Source: Candidatus Dojkabacteria bacterium (GTDB lineage: Bacteria; Patescibacteriota; Dojkabacteria; SC72). From it: DNA of 64,000 nt. The stretch covers positions 27,931 to 91,930 of the forward strand of contig JAAZBX010000007.1 of the NCBI GenBank assembly GCA_012513575.1, written 5' to 3'. The notes beneath the pieces are model-generated. The model searched no databases and was not told where the DNA came from. It saw nothing but the letters and a program-made list of their open reading frames with translations. The position numbers were made by a program, and so were the translations under genes. This document shows positions 30,302-40,020 of the stretch, piece by piece. Within the stretch, counting starts at the first letter, position 1. Every line of letters begins with the position of its first letter.

Positions 30302-31327
30302 ATGGATGATTTTTACAAAAGAACAGATATTGATAAAAGTACGGTGGAATTAACAATTACAATTCCAAAGGATTCTTTCAACAAAAGCTACAAAGCTATG
30401 TTGGATCAGGAATTAAGCAATACAAAGATAGATGGCTTCAGAAAAGGGAAAGTCCCTTCGAATTTAGTTGAAACAGAACTAGGGACTAGTCTCAAGATAA
30501 AGGTATTTGAAAAATTACTTCCGATGTACCTAACCACAGCCTTACAAAAAGAAAATCTCTCACCCATTGCACCACCTAACTACAAAAATTTCCCCGATTT
30601 AACAAAGGATCAAAACTTGGTCATTTCTGTAGACATTACCATTATGCCCGAATTTAAGCTTGGTAATTTAAAGAAAATTCAAATTATTCAAGAAGATACA
30701 AAAGTTACTGATAAAGAAGTAGAAGAAGCGATATCAAATCTTTTTAAAAATGATAATTTGGGAGAAAAGGAAATAAATGATAAATGGGCGGTTAAAGTTT
30801 CTGAAAAACTTAAAGTAGACGCAATCAAATCTGTAAAAGATTTTAATGGTTTTGTAAAAAAGACAATCGAAAATCAGAAAAAAATTGTTTCAAGAAGAAA
30901 GGCTGAAGATGATGCATTGAATCAAGCTATTAATATTTGTAAAATTGAAATTCCACAAGCCGCTATCCAGTACGAAGCTGAAGAAAGAGAGCATTCATTT
31001 GTGCATGATTTTGGTCATGATCAAAGGAAAATTGATACATTCCTTAAATCCAATAATGTGTCGATGGAGAAAATGAAGGAGCTTTGGCTGAAAGATGCAA
31101 AAGAAGCCCTAGAAACAGATGTATTCCTAAAATTGTTCGCAAGAGAGAAAGAAATTAATGTGACAGATGAAGAGTTAAAAACAAAGATAAAAGAAATTGT
31201 AAATAACTCTCCTAATATTGAAGATAAATCTCTTTTTGAGAATGATGAGTGGAAAGAATATGTGAGAAGAGTAGAGGAGAAAGAAAAAGCATTCAGAGCT
31301 TTTTCTAAAGAGGTTTTAGGAGAATAG
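30302..31327 (+). CDS. tig: Trigger factor, short form
   Basis: GFRKGKVP signature in the N-terminal ribosome-binding domain. Located upstream of clpP as in the canonical tig-clpP arrangement. At 341 aa it is shorter than the typical ~430 aa. Confidence 0.75.
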   Translation: MDDFYKRTDIDKSTVELTITIPKDSFNKSYKAMLDQELSNTKIDGFRKGKVPSNLVETELGTSLKIKVFEKLLPMYLTTALQKENLSPIAPPNYKNFPDLTKDQNLVISVDITIMPEFKLGNLKKIQIIQEDTKVTDKEVEEAISNLFKNDNLGEKEINDKWAVKVSEKLKVDAIKSVKDFNGFVKKTIENQKKIVSRRKAEDDALNQAINICKIEIPQAAIQYEAEEREHSFVHDFGHDQRKIDTFLKSNNVSMEKMKELWLKDAKEALETDVFLKLFAREKEINVTDEELKTKIKEIVNNSPNIEDKSLFENDEWKEYVRRVEEKEKAFRAFSKEVLGE

Positions 31328-31357
31328 AACTGCCTATTAATTTATTAATATTGTTCT

Positions 31358-31939
31358 ATGATATTAATTCCTACAGTAATTGAGAAAGAAAGGGGCGGAG
31401 AGAGAGCATACGATATCTATTCAAGACTTCTTAAAGATAGGATTGTTTTTGTTAGTGGCGAAATTGAAACAAATATGGCAAACACCGTAGTTGCTCAACT
31501 TCTATTTCTGGAGAAAGAGGATCCCGATTCTGACATACAGATGTTTATCAATTCTCCTGGAGGACACATTACCGCAGGAATGGCGATCATCGATACTATG
31601 AATTACATTAAACCTGATGTGTCAACTACTGCTGTAGGTCTTGCAGCATCTATGGGAACAATGTTGTTAATTAATGGAGCAAAAGGTAAAAGATACGCTC
31701 TCCCAAACAGTAAAATACATATTCACCAACCGCTTGGTGGAGTAGAGGGTCAAGCTAGTGATATTGCAATTGAAGCAAAAGAAATTTTGAAAATCCGAGA
31801 AAGTCTTTACAAAATGATTTCAGAGAAAACTGGGAAATCCGTATCTCAGATAACAAAAGATGCTGATAGAGATAAATATTTTACTGCTACCGAAGCCAAA
31901 GCTTACGGTTTGATAGATAAAATAATTAAAAAAAGATAA
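31358..31939 (+). CDS. clpP: ATP-dependent Clp protease proteolytic subunit
   Basis: The Ser-His-Asp triad context (GLAASMG, IHQPLGG) is typical of ClpP. Confidence 0.92.
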   Translation: MILIPTVIEKERGGERAYDIYSRLLKDRIVFVSGEIETNMANTVVAQLLFLEKEDPDSDIQMFINSPGGHITAGMAIIDTMNYIKPDVSTTAVGLAASMGTMLLINGAKGKRYALPNSKIHIHQPLGGVEGQASDIAIEAKEILKIRESLYKMISEKTGKSVSQITKDADRDKYFTATEAKAYGLIDKIIKKR

Positions 31940-32472
31940 TGCCAGAAAGATACTATTCTGAATCACCAGATTCATTTGAAGATGAAAGACAAGAAAGTGA
32001 CTTAGAATTCATAAGAAAAGACCTTGAGGACATATTTAGTCATGGGTTCAGCGGAGATTCTCAAACAGAAGATTTAGAAAATTTATCTTCTTTGGATATT
32101 AAGGAATTTATATACCAACACTTAATTGAAAGTGGAATAATTGATGTACAATTTTCCAATACTGTTGATATAGAAAATTTTGATGAGATAGCCCAATTAT
32201 GCGATTTTTTGTCCACCACACTCACAAAATATCCACAAAAAGGAGAAGTTCAAGTACATTTCCTAGAATCGGGTGACTTCGCTGCAACTGTTTCAGTTAT
32301 TCAGACAAGCCTTAAGGGAGTAAGTGTTAAGGTTGAATCTTTAGAAGAGAGCCCCAAATTTTTAGTTAATAAATGGAAAGAAATTGTAGATAAGAATTCT
32401 TCTAAAGATAGAAAGAAAAACAAAACAAAGAAATTTGGGGAGCTAAAAAAGAAATTTGGAAAAAATATTTAA
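31939..32472 (+). CDS. Hypothetical acidic protein, translationally coupled to clpP
   Basis: Its ATG overlaps the clpP stop (TAATG). 177 aa, acidic N-terminus and Lys-rich C-terminus. No ClpX motifs. Confidence 0.5.
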   Translation: MPERYYSESPDSFEDERQESDLEFIRKDLEDIFSHGFSGDSQTEDLENLSSLDIKEFIYQHLIESGIIDVQFSNTVDIENFDEIAQLCDFLSTTLTKYPQKGEVQVHFLESGDFAATVSVIQTSLKGVSVKVESLEESPKFLVNKWKEIVDKNSSKDRKKNKTKKFGELKKKFGKNI

Positions 32473-32489
32473 CTTGTTATTAATAAAAA

Positions 32490-32933
32490 ATGAATAATAA
32501 TTACGAAAAAGAAAAACCTGCCAGCTGGGGAGAAGTAATAGATAGCAGAATTGAGGAAACGCTTAATGCAGAAGCACAGTACTCTCCTTCGTCTTTGCAG
32601 TTTGAAGATATTAGTCTTGCAGATATAGATAAGCACATGCTAGAAAGATTTTATGCAGAATTTCCTTCAGTTGTTCCTTCTGGAATATATTCAGACGCTG
32701 GGTTAATTTCTTTAGCAAACAATCAAGGATTCCATGCAGAAATGCCACAAAATCTCAAAACTCAGCCTCTTTATTTCATCTTAAGGGGAGATAAGGTTGC
32801 TGCATTTTTACCATTAGAGAATATTGAAGAGAGTAGGATTGATTGCTACTTCTTTCATAAACTTAATATCCAAAACGACCCAATTCTAAGGGAAAAATAT
32901 TTGGAATTGCTTTATAGGTTGAATAAAGATTAA
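32490..32933 (+). CDS. Hypothetical protein
   Basis: 147-aa ORF continuing the clpP-strand gene string. No recognisable motifs. Confidence 0.45.
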   Translation: MNNNYEKEKPASWGEVIDSRIEETLNAEAQYSPSSLQFEDISLADIDKHMLERFYAEFPSVVPSGIYSDAGLISLANNQGFHAEMPQNLKTQPLYFILRGDKVAAFLPLENIEESRIDCYFFHKLNIQNDPILREKYLELLYRLNKD

Positions 32934-32959
32934 AAAAAAGATAGAATTGTTTCTGTTAT

Positions 32960-33033
32960 GGGCGATTAGCTCAGCTGGTTAGAGCGTCACATTGACATTG
33001 TGGAGGTCACAGGTTCGAGCCCCGTATCGCCCA
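32960..33033 (+). tRNA. tRNA-Val (anticodon GAC)
   Basis: Cloverleaf: acceptor GGGCGAT/ATCGCCC, D arm GCTC-AGCTGGTTA-GAGC, anticodon stem TCACA/TGTGG with loop TTGACAT, and a T arm ACAGG-TTCGAGC-CCCGT with one A-C mismatch. Discriminator A, no encoded CCA, followed by a T6 run. Confidence 0.85.
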
Positions 33034-33037
33034 TTTT

Positions 33038-34009
33038 TTATATATCTCTTCTAGAAAGGATACTAAAAGCTTCTTCAACAGAATTTGAATTCATCAATAA
33101 TTCCCTTAAATCACTTGCAGTATCAAAATTACTAATATATGCCTTTATATACTTCTTCTGACTATTAAAGATATCAAGTTTACCCTTTTCTTTAATAAAA
33201 ATCCTTAGATGCTCCGACAAAGTCTCAAGCCTTTCTTTTTTCGTTATCATTCCCATTCGCCTTTTTGAATCATCTGAGAACAACCATGGATTAGAAAGAA
33301 TTGCTCTCCCAATTAAAACTCCGTCCACGCCAAAATTCTTACCATACTCTTTTGCTTGCTTAATATTCCTAATATCACCGTTTCCCAATATCAATGTTTT
33401 AGAATTCATAGAATCTCTTAAAGAAACAGCTCTTTTAATTTCATCCCATCGACATGGAGTAGAGTAGTTTTCTTTTGACAATCTTCCATGAACAGTAAGC
33501 AAGTCTAAATCTTTCTCCAAAAGAAAACCTATCCAATCCTCTGTTTGAATCTTATCAAATCCAATTCTTGTCTTAACACTAACTGGAATACCTTTTGAGC
33601 TTTCTTTTACTGCTTGAATTATCTCATTTGAGAGTATTTTATCGTTAATTAATGCAGAACCTCTCCCACTTGAGAGAACATCTCTTACCGAACAACCCAT
33701 ATTGATATCAATACCGTCCGGTTTTAATTCTCTTATCTCTTTTATCGTTTTTGCATAAAATTCGGGAACATTTCCCCATAACTGGAAAACAATTGGTCTT
33801 TCTACATCTCTAAAAAGAAGTCTATGAGAAACGTTCTCTTTTCCTTCTGAACAGAAACCTTCAACATTAAGAAATTCTGTAAAAAACACATCAGGTTTCC
33901 CAATCTTACATAACACTTGCCTGAACACAGTATCTGTAATACCCTCCATAGGTGATAATCCTAAGATAAAACCCTTCTTGGATAAAATTTTTTGGTAAAT
34001 ATTCCCCAT
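33038..34009 (-). CDS. tRNA-dihydrouridine synthase (Dus family)
   Basis: SPMEGITD and DINMGC motifs of the FMN-binding TIM barrel, plus a C-terminal helical tRNA-binding domain. Confidence 0.85.
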   Translation of the reverse strand: MGNIYQKILSKKGFILGLSPMEGITDTVFRQVLCKIGKPDVFFTEFLNVEGFCSEGKENVSHRLLFRDVERPIVFQLWGNVPEFYAKTIKEIRELKPDGIDINMGCSVRDVLSSGRGSALINDKILSNEIIQAVKESSKGIPVSVKTRIGFDKIQTEDWIGFLLEKDLDLLTVHGRLSKENYSTPCRWDEIKRAVSLRDSMNSKTLILGNGDIRNIKQAKEYGKNFGVDGVLIGRAILSNPWLFSDDSKRRMGMITKKERLETLSEHLRIFIKEKGKLDIFNSQKKYIKAYISNFDTASDLRELLMNSNSVEEAFSILSRRDI

Positions 34010-34125
34010 ACCATGATTCTATCATAAAGTTATATAAACAAATGAAAAAGTAAGTGGCTTGATAATCAATTATCTCTTGCAAGTGAAAGGGATTTAACAT
34101 AAACTGAAATAAGAAAACTGCCCAT

Positions 34126-34521
34126 ATGGAACCACAAAAAATTCAAGATAATTCAGGCTCACAGCTAATTCAATTTGAAAAAACAGATTCTTATTCCAAG
34201 ATACTTGTTTACTTCATTCAAGATTTCTTAAATTGGTGGTATGTGAAGATGCCCATAAGGCACCTTAAAATTCTGGGGCGTATATCTGTATTGGTTGATG
34301 ACAATCTTTCAATGTCTTTACTCTTCAAAAATTTTTTTGTTCCATGGCATAGAGACAATTCACTAATAGGTTACTTCTTTGGTTTTCTAGTCAAAATCTT
34401 TTATTTACCAATCGCTTTATTAATTTATCTATTATCAATTCTTACGTATCTAGCAGTAATAATAATTTGGTTATTACTTCCTATCGCAACATTAGTATTT
34501 TCTATTACATCTTTTTTTTAA
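34126..34521 (+). CDS. Hypothetical membrane protein
   Basis: 131 aa with a hydrophobic C-terminal half. Its stop codon is immediately followed, in the same frame, by the ATG of the Clp-ATPase gene. Confidence 0.45.
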   Translation: MEPQKIQDNSGSQLIQFEKTDSYSKILVYFIQDFLNWWYVKMPIRHLKILGRISVLVDDNLSMSLLFKNFFVPWHRDNSLIGYFFGFLVKIFYLPIALLIYLLSILTYLAVIIIWLLLPIATLVFSITSFF

Positions 34522-37236
34522 ATGGAATTAGAATTTGGTAGCAAACAAAAAACACTTATTGGAATACATCATAAAGAAAAAAATTCTTTTTCTGTTTCAA
34601 AAAAGGGATATCCTGTTCCAACAGATGAGAATCAGTCAATATTTCTTTTAACACGTGATCATTTCTTTTCTATCACAACACCACAAATCTCATATCTGCT
34701 CTACAGTAATCCCAAATATGAGAAATTTGAAAAAATTAAAAGTATCATCTCCAATATTTTAATCGTTCCAGGAGTTTTAATAACTACAGCATACATTCTA
34801 AAATTTACTTCTCTTCTTGATAATTTCCCTTTAATTTTGAGCCTACTCAACAACCCATTCACCAACTTTTTATTTGGTATTTCAATTTTCTCAATCTTGC
34901 TCCTTTGGCATGAATTCTATAGTGACAGAGATCAGCAGATGCAACTCCCCTTAATAAAAAAAATCCCTCAACGTGATATCGATGAAATTAATACTGTTGG
35001 TTTTAAGTTTGGAAGATATTCAAATATTGATATTGCCAAATATATTTCTTCTGAAACAATTCAACTCCTTTCAGATTTTACTCTGAATGGAGAATTCGAC
35101 ATATATCACTGCTTTAAGATATTGACAGACGAGACATTTGAAGTACAACAGATAGTCCGACGAGGAGGAATCTCAATCGACAATGAAAAGTTAGAGAATT
35201 CTGATGTTAATTCTGACACTCTTCCTAAAATAAATCTCTCTTCAATTAGAGCTCTACTTGTATATGCTGTAGAGGAGGCATTGCTAACAGAAAGTAAAAT
35301 GGTCAATCCTGAGCATATATTTTTGGCAATTTCAAAAATGTATCCTCAAATTATAAAGATGTTCCAGAAAGAGAATATAAACTTAGACATATTTAGAGAA
35401 GTTGTAAAATTTCAGAATTTTCTTAATAGAAGAAAAGCAAAATATCTAGACCCAGATCAACCATATTATAGAAAGGGTGGAATTGGGAAACAAATTATCT
35501 ACGGCTATACCTTCATATTAAGTCACTTTAGTAAAGAAATTAACAAAAAAATTGCAGAGACAAATGACATCTTTGGTATAGGTCATGACGAAGAGGTTGA
35601 AAATCTTGTATCAGTTCTTGGGAAAGTTACAAACAAGAATGCGTTGTTAATTGGAGAACCAGGAGTTGGGAAATCAAGTATAATTCTTGGTCTTGCACAA
35701 AGAATAAATAAAGGAGATGTCCCAATTCAGTTGAAAGATAAAAGAATAATTGAATTAGATATTAATGCCCTTATCGCTCATTCTCAAAATGCCTCAAGTA
35801 TGGAGGAACTAATGATTAAGGCCATGACAGAATTATCAAAAGCGGGAAATACCATTCTCTACATAGATGAAATTCAACAGATAGTTCCAACAAAAGCACA
35901 AGAGAGTGGACATACAATTGCGGGAATGATGCTCCCATATATTCTTAACAGTAAATTCCCCATAATTGGGAGTATTAACTATTCAGATTACAAAAAATAT
36001 TTTTACAGTAATGAATCTCTTAGACAAAGTTTTACGAATATTGAGACAAAAGAGATATCAGCAGCGGATGCACTTACAATATTGGAAAGTAAAATTCCTT
36101 CGCTGGAAAGCAATTTTAATTGCTTTATTACATTCCCCGCTCTGGTGTCAGCGGTTGAAATATCTCAAAGGTATATTAAAGAGAGAAAGCTCCCAAGTAG
36201 TGCAGTTCAAACAATCGAAGCAGCCTGCTCTTGGGCACAAGCAAATGGGATTCAGAAGATTACTTCGGAACATGTTTCTAAAGCAATTTCTCTGCAAAAA
36301 AATATAAATATTACTGAAATAAATCAGGAAGAAAGTAACAAGTTAATCAAATTAGAGGAAAATATCAAGAGCAGAGTAATAGGGCAGGATGAGGCTGTTA
36401 CAGTAATATCAGAAGCGCTAAGGCGAGCGAGGGCAGATATTCGAAACCCCAATAAACCAATAGGCTCATTTCTCTTTATTGGACCAACTGGTGTAGGAAA
36501 AACATATTTAGCCAAAGTTGTTGGAGAAGAATACTTTGGAGTTGAAGATACCATTATTAGACTTGATATGTCAGAATATCAGGAAATATCTAGTATAAAT
36601 AAATTCCTCGGTTCTTCAGAGGGAGATAGCATTTTAAGTCAAACCGAAATTTCATTAATAGACAGGATTAAAAGAAGTCCACACACAGTTGTTCTTTTTG
36701 ATGAGATAGAAAAAGCCCATCCTGACATTTTAAATCTCTTCCTTCAAATCTTTGATGAGGGAAGACTTACAAGTAATCAAGGTGATACCGTTGATTTCAC
36801 TCATGCAATAATTGTCTGTACAAGCAATATCGGAAGTAAAATTCTTTTAGATTCACTCTCAGAACCAAATGTCATGTGGGAGGAAGCAAAAGAAAGAGTA
36901 TTATTAGAGCTAAGACAAGTTTTAAAACCTGAGCTACTAAATAGATTTGACGACATAATTGTATTCCAACCTCATGACATGAGTAATCTTTCAAAAATTG
37001 CTGTTCTGGAACTAAATCAACTTGCAAAAAGGCTTGCAGAGAAAGAGATTACACTAAAATGGACTCAACAAATTCCAATGCTCATTGCAAACAAAGCCAA
37101 TGATCCAGGCAACGGTGCTAGACCATTAAAAAGATACATACAAGACAATGTGGAAGGACAGATAGCCAAAGCGATTATAGAACAAACATTAAAGCCTGGA
37201 GAAGAGGTCGAGATAAAGGAGAGTTGGATTGTATAG
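34522..37236 (+). CDS. ClpA/ClpC-family AAA+ chaperone with an N-terminal membrane region
   Basis: Two hydrophobic helices (IISNILIVPGVLITTAYIL, FLFGISIFSILLLW) are followed by Clp_N repeats. AAA-1 has GEPGVGKSSI, AAA-2 has GPTGVGKTYLAK and VVLFDEIEKAH, and the sensor-2 region ends in GARPLKRYIQ. There is no long M-domain. Confidence 0.8.
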   Translation: MELEFGSKQKTLIGIHHKEKNSFSVSKKGYPVPTDENQSIFLLTRDHFFSITTPQISYLLYSNPKYEKFEKIKSIISNILIVPGVLITTAYILKFTSLLDNFPLILSLLNNPFTNFLFGISIFSILLLWHEFYSDRDQQMQLPLIKKIPQRDIDEINTVGFKFGRYSNIDIAKYISSETIQLLSDFTLNGEFDIYHCFKILTDETFEVQQIVRRGGISIDNEKLENSDVNSDTLPKINLSSIRALLVYAVEEALLTESKMVNPEHIFLAISKMYPQIIKMFQKENINLDIFREVVKFQNFLNRRKAKYLDPDQPYYRKGGIGKQIIYGYTFILSHFSKEINKKIAETNDIFGIGHDEEVENLVSVLGKVTNKNALLIGEPGVGKSSIILGLAQRINKGDVPIQLKDKRIIELDINALIAHSQNASSMEELMIKAMTELSKAGNTILYIDEIQQIVPTKAQESGHTIAGMMLPYILNSKFPIIGSINYSDYKKYFYSNESLRQSFTNIETKEISAADALTILESKIPSLESNFNCFITFPALVSAVEISQRYIKERKLPSSAVQTIEAACSWAQANGIQKITSEHVSKAISLQKNINITEINQEESNKLIKLEENIKSRVIGQDEAVTVISEALRRARADIRNPNKPIGSFLFIGPTGVGKTYLAKVVGEEYFGVEDTIIRLDMSEYQEISSINKFLGSSEGDSILSQTEISLIDRIKRSPHTVVLFDEIEKAHPDILNLFLQIFDEGRLTSNQGDTVDFTHAIIVCTSNIGSKILLDSLSEPNVMWEEAKERVLLELRQVLKPELLNRFDDIIVFQPHDMSNLSKIAVLELNQLAKRLAEKEITLKWTQQIPMLIANKANDPGNGARPLKRYIQDNVEGQIAKAIIEQTLKPGEEVEIKESWIV

Positions 37237-37301
37237 ATAGATTGTTGAAAAAATTCTTTTAATCAAATATAATCTGAACGTTAATATATAGTAAAAAAAA
37301 C

Positions 37302-37460
37302 ATGGGTGCACTTCCAAAAAGAAAAATATCCAAAGCAAGAAAAGGAAGAAGAAGATCACATAACGCATTGAAACTAACAGGTGTTTCAAAATGTCCAAAA
37401 TGTGGAAGCTTAAAAAAGAGCCATTTCGTCTGTCCTAATTGTGGAACATATAAAAAGTAA
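37302..37460 (+). CDS. rpmF: 50S ribosomal protein L32
   Basis: Not in the ORF track (52 aa). MGALPKRKISKARKGRRRSHNALKLTGVSKCPKCGSLKKSHFVCPNCGTYKK matches the L32 consensus (xVPKRKxSKxRRxxRRxH...CPxCG). Confidence 0.8.
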   Translation: MGALPKRKISKARKGRRRSHNALKLTGVSKCPKCGSLKKSHFVCPNCGTYKK

Positions 37461-37462
37461 TT

Positions 37463-37915
37463 ATGAAGAGATCAACTGATCCAAGACATTTAGCAAGAAT
37501 CCTTGCACTTCAAGGACTTTTCTCAAAATACTTTTTGCAAAAAGAAATTCATATGGAGATGATTCCCATTAAGGAACTTTTGTCCATTGATGAATTTGAA
37601 GACTATGATAAGGACTTATTTGAAAAAATTACTGAAGGGGTTGTAAATAATATCGAACAGATAGATAAATTGATTGAGAAATACGCGCCCCAGTGGCCAA
37701 TTCAACAAATGAAGTTAGTTGATTTACAAATCCTAAGAATTGCTATTCTTGAAGGCTTTATCTCAAAAATTACTCCTCCTAAAGTTTCAATAGATGAGGC
37801 AATTGAAATCGCAAAAGATTTTGGTGGGGAGAGTAGTGGGAAATTTGTAAATGGGGTTCTTGGCGCAATATACGAAGAAATTAAATCTGAAGAAGAAAAA
37901 GATGGAGAAAATTAA
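37463..37915 (+). CDS. nusB: Transcription antitermination factor NusB
   Basis: PRHLARILALQGLF and an all-helical NusB fold of 150 aa. Confidence 0.8.
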   Translation: MKRSTDPRHLARILALQGLFSKYFLQKEIHMEMIPIKELLSIDEFEDYDKDLFEKITEGVVNNIEQIDKLIEKYAPQWPIQQMKLVDLQILRIAILEGFISKITPPKVSIDEAIEIAKDFGGESSGKFVNGVLGAIYEEIKSEEEKDGEN

Positions 37916-38594
37916 CGAAATAGAAGAAAAAATTGGAGTAAAGTTTAAAAATCACTTACTTCTCGAAACAGCTTTTACACATAGGTCATATCTTAATGAA
38001 AATAGAGGAAAGAATTTGGAAAATAATGAGAGGTTAGAATTTTTAGGAGATGCAGTACTCGAATTAATTGTGTCAGCAAACCTTTATCATAATTACACCG
38101 ACAAAGCCGAGGGCGAGCTTACAAGTATTAGAGCTGCAATAGTAAGAACAGAGAGCTTAGCAAAAGAGACTGAAAGGTTAAATCTCGGAATGTATCTTAG
38201 GATGTCAAAAGGAGAGAAAGATTCTGGAGGAGAGGAGAAACCATATTTACTAGCCAACTTATATGAGGCACTTCTTGGAGCAATCTATTTAGATGCTGGA
38301 TATGAGGAATGTTTATATTTTGTGAAGAGAACTCTTTTCAAAAAAATTAAGAGGATTATCAGTCAGAAGCTTTTTATTGACCCTAAAACAAAGGTACAAG
38401 AGATAATGCAAAGAAAACACCGTATAACACCCACATATGAGATCCTAAAAGAAGAGGGGCCCGATCATAAGAAATCTTTTACGGTAGCTCTCTTTATGGG
38501 AGACAGGAAAGTTGTTGAAGGAGAAGGTGCAAGCAAACAAAAAGCTGAGGAAAATGCAGCAACGAATGCAATAGATATTTTAGAAAAAGATTAA
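37902..38594 (+). CDS. rnc: Ribonuclease III
   Basis: ERLEFLGDAVLELIV signature and a C-terminal dsRBD. The track ORF starts at 37851; the in-frame ATG at 37902 (MEKINEIEEK) is the more likely start and overlaps the nusB end. Confidence 0.88.
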   Translation: MEKINEIEEKIGVKFKNHLLLETAFTHRSYLNENRGKNLENNERLEFLGDAVLELIVSANLYHNYTDKAEGELTSIRAAIVRTESLAKETERLNLGMYLRMSKGEKDSGGEEKPYLLANLYEALLGAIYLDAGYEECLYFVKRTLFKKIKRIISQKLFIDPKTKVQEIMQRKHRITPTYEILKEEGPDHKKSFTVALFMGDRKVVEGEGASKQKAEENAATNAIDILEKD

Positions 38595-38637
38595 TATATC
38601 TTGAATTAACTAAGTTCTTTTGATAGAATTCAGCAAT

Positions 38638-38934
38638 ATGTTAAAAATAAGATTAAAAAGAGTTGGTAGAAGTAAAGATCCTTACTACAGAATAGTAGTG
38701 ATGGAGTCTTCACAACCAAGAAATGGTAGGACTAAGGATGAAATTGGTATATACAATCCTAGGATTAATCAATTTGAGGTTGATAAGGAGAAGGCAGAAG
38801 CGTGGCTCGCAAAGGGGGCACAACCCACTGACACAGTAGCTCAGTATTTTGTTAAGGCTGGCATTCTGAAAAAACTACACAGAGGTTCAACCAAACCAAA
38901 TACTCAGAAAAAAGAGAAGAAGTCAGAAGAGTAG
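38638..38934 (+). CDS. rpsP: 30S ribosomal protein S16
   Basis: MLKIRLKRVGRSKDPYYRIVV is the canonical S16 N-terminus. The start was moved from the track ORF (38620) to the ATG at 38638. Confidence 0.9.
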   Translation: MLKIRLKRVGRSKDPYYRIVVMESSQPRNGRTKDEIGIYNPRINQFEVDKEKAEAWLAKGAQPTDTVAQYFVKAGILKKLHRGSTKPNTQKKEKKSEE

Positions 38935-38972
38935 TATATAATTTGTTTAGATAATATATTACCAATATTAGA

Positions 38973-39284
38973 ATGAAAGAATTACTTGAGTATATTGTAA
39001 AATCGATAGTAAACAATCCTGATGCTGTGGAAGTTGAGGAGAAGGAAAGTGTAGATTTCCCAGGTTTAACTATTCTTACTATAGATGTTGCAGAAGAAGA
39101 TAAAGGCGTTGTGATTGGAAGAAAAGGAAGAACAATCAATGCTATACGAGATCTTATAACAATAAATGCTATTAGAACAAACAGACGAGTTAAAGTTTTG
39201 ATTAGAGATAACGAGCGAGATAAAACTGAAAGAAAAGAAGAAAAGACTGAAGTAGATGAAAGTATTTTTGAGGATGAGATATAG
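38973..39284 (+). CDS. KH-domain RNA-binding protein (KhpA/YlqC-like)
   Basis: VIGRKGRTINAIRDL, a KH GXXG-type motif. Located directly after rpsP, as in many bacteria. Confidence 0.75.
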   Translation: MKELLEYIVKSIVNNPDAVEVEEKESVDFPGLTILTIDVAEEDKGVVIGRKGRTINAIRDLITINAIRTNRRVKVLIRDNERDKTERKEEKTEVDESIFEDEI

Positions 39285-39292
39285 CGAATTTT

Positions 39293-40018
39293 TTACTTTA
39301 CTGGTGCATTAAGTTTCTTCGACTTTTCCTTTAATATCTCCATTACATCTGCAAAGTCAGTATAAGGTTTAAAAGGTTTATAAATATTCACAACAAGATT
39401 TTCCTCTTCTGAAACATAATAACCAGTCAGGCTTAATTCAACCTCCCAAAGTTCAGCACTCTTTGTAAGAGAAATATTCTGTGGAGAAACAATATATGGA
39501 GAAGAGTAGTAAAAGTTATCCAAAAAGTTCAGTATATTTTCTAGAGATCCCCTGTAAGCCAAAGGGCCATTAACACCCTTATACTGATTAGAATCCTGTT
39601 GCTTATTTTTATCTACAATCCCAATATTTACATCGCTTGCAGAGATTTTATCTGATGTTAAATTTTTTAATCTCGCCAGTTCATCTATATAATAGAGAAA
39701 GCTAGCAACTTTCAATGTCCTAGGTATAACACTTTTAACCTCGATTAAATCATCATTCAATTGATCCTCAGAAATACTCTCAATTGATTGTTTTAGTTTA
39801 ATTAATTGTTCCTGTTTTGACTTTATTTCTTTAAGTTCAGTTCGATAATTAAAGGCTTCCTTTAACATTGGAATAAAAACAAATATTGAGATGAAAAGTA
39901 AAATCATAGACACAATTATGGGAATTATTAAATCCTTTATCTTTAATCTGGTATTCTTAATCTTTTCACTTATTCCCTCTTGTTTTCTTACAGTTTTTTG
40001 CATGTTAGGAAGTGCCAT
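39293..40018 (-). CDS. pilO: Type IV pilus assembly protein PilO-like
   Basis: N-terminal TM helix, a coiled coil and a periplasmic domain. Last gene of the pilMNO string. Confidence 0.6.
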   Translation of the reverse strand: MALPNMQKTVRKQEGISEKIKNTRLKIKDLIIPIIVSMILLFISIFVFIPMLKEAFNYRTELKEIKSKQEQLIKLKQSIESISEDQLNDDLIEVKSVIPRTLKVASFLYYIDELARLKNLTSDKISASDVNIGIVDKNKQQDSNQYKGVNGPLAYRGSLENILNFLDNFYYSSPYIVSPQNISLTKSAELWEVELSLTGYYVSEEENLVVNIYKPFKPYTDFADVMEILKEKSKKLNAPVK

Positions 40019-40020
40019 AA

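Noticed and set aside
34519-34524. Read-through or fusion of the 34126..34521 ORF with the Clp ATPase
   Set aside because: The in-frame arrangement is kept as a finding, but a recoded TAA is not supported. The ATG right after the stop makes two coupled genes the simplest reading.
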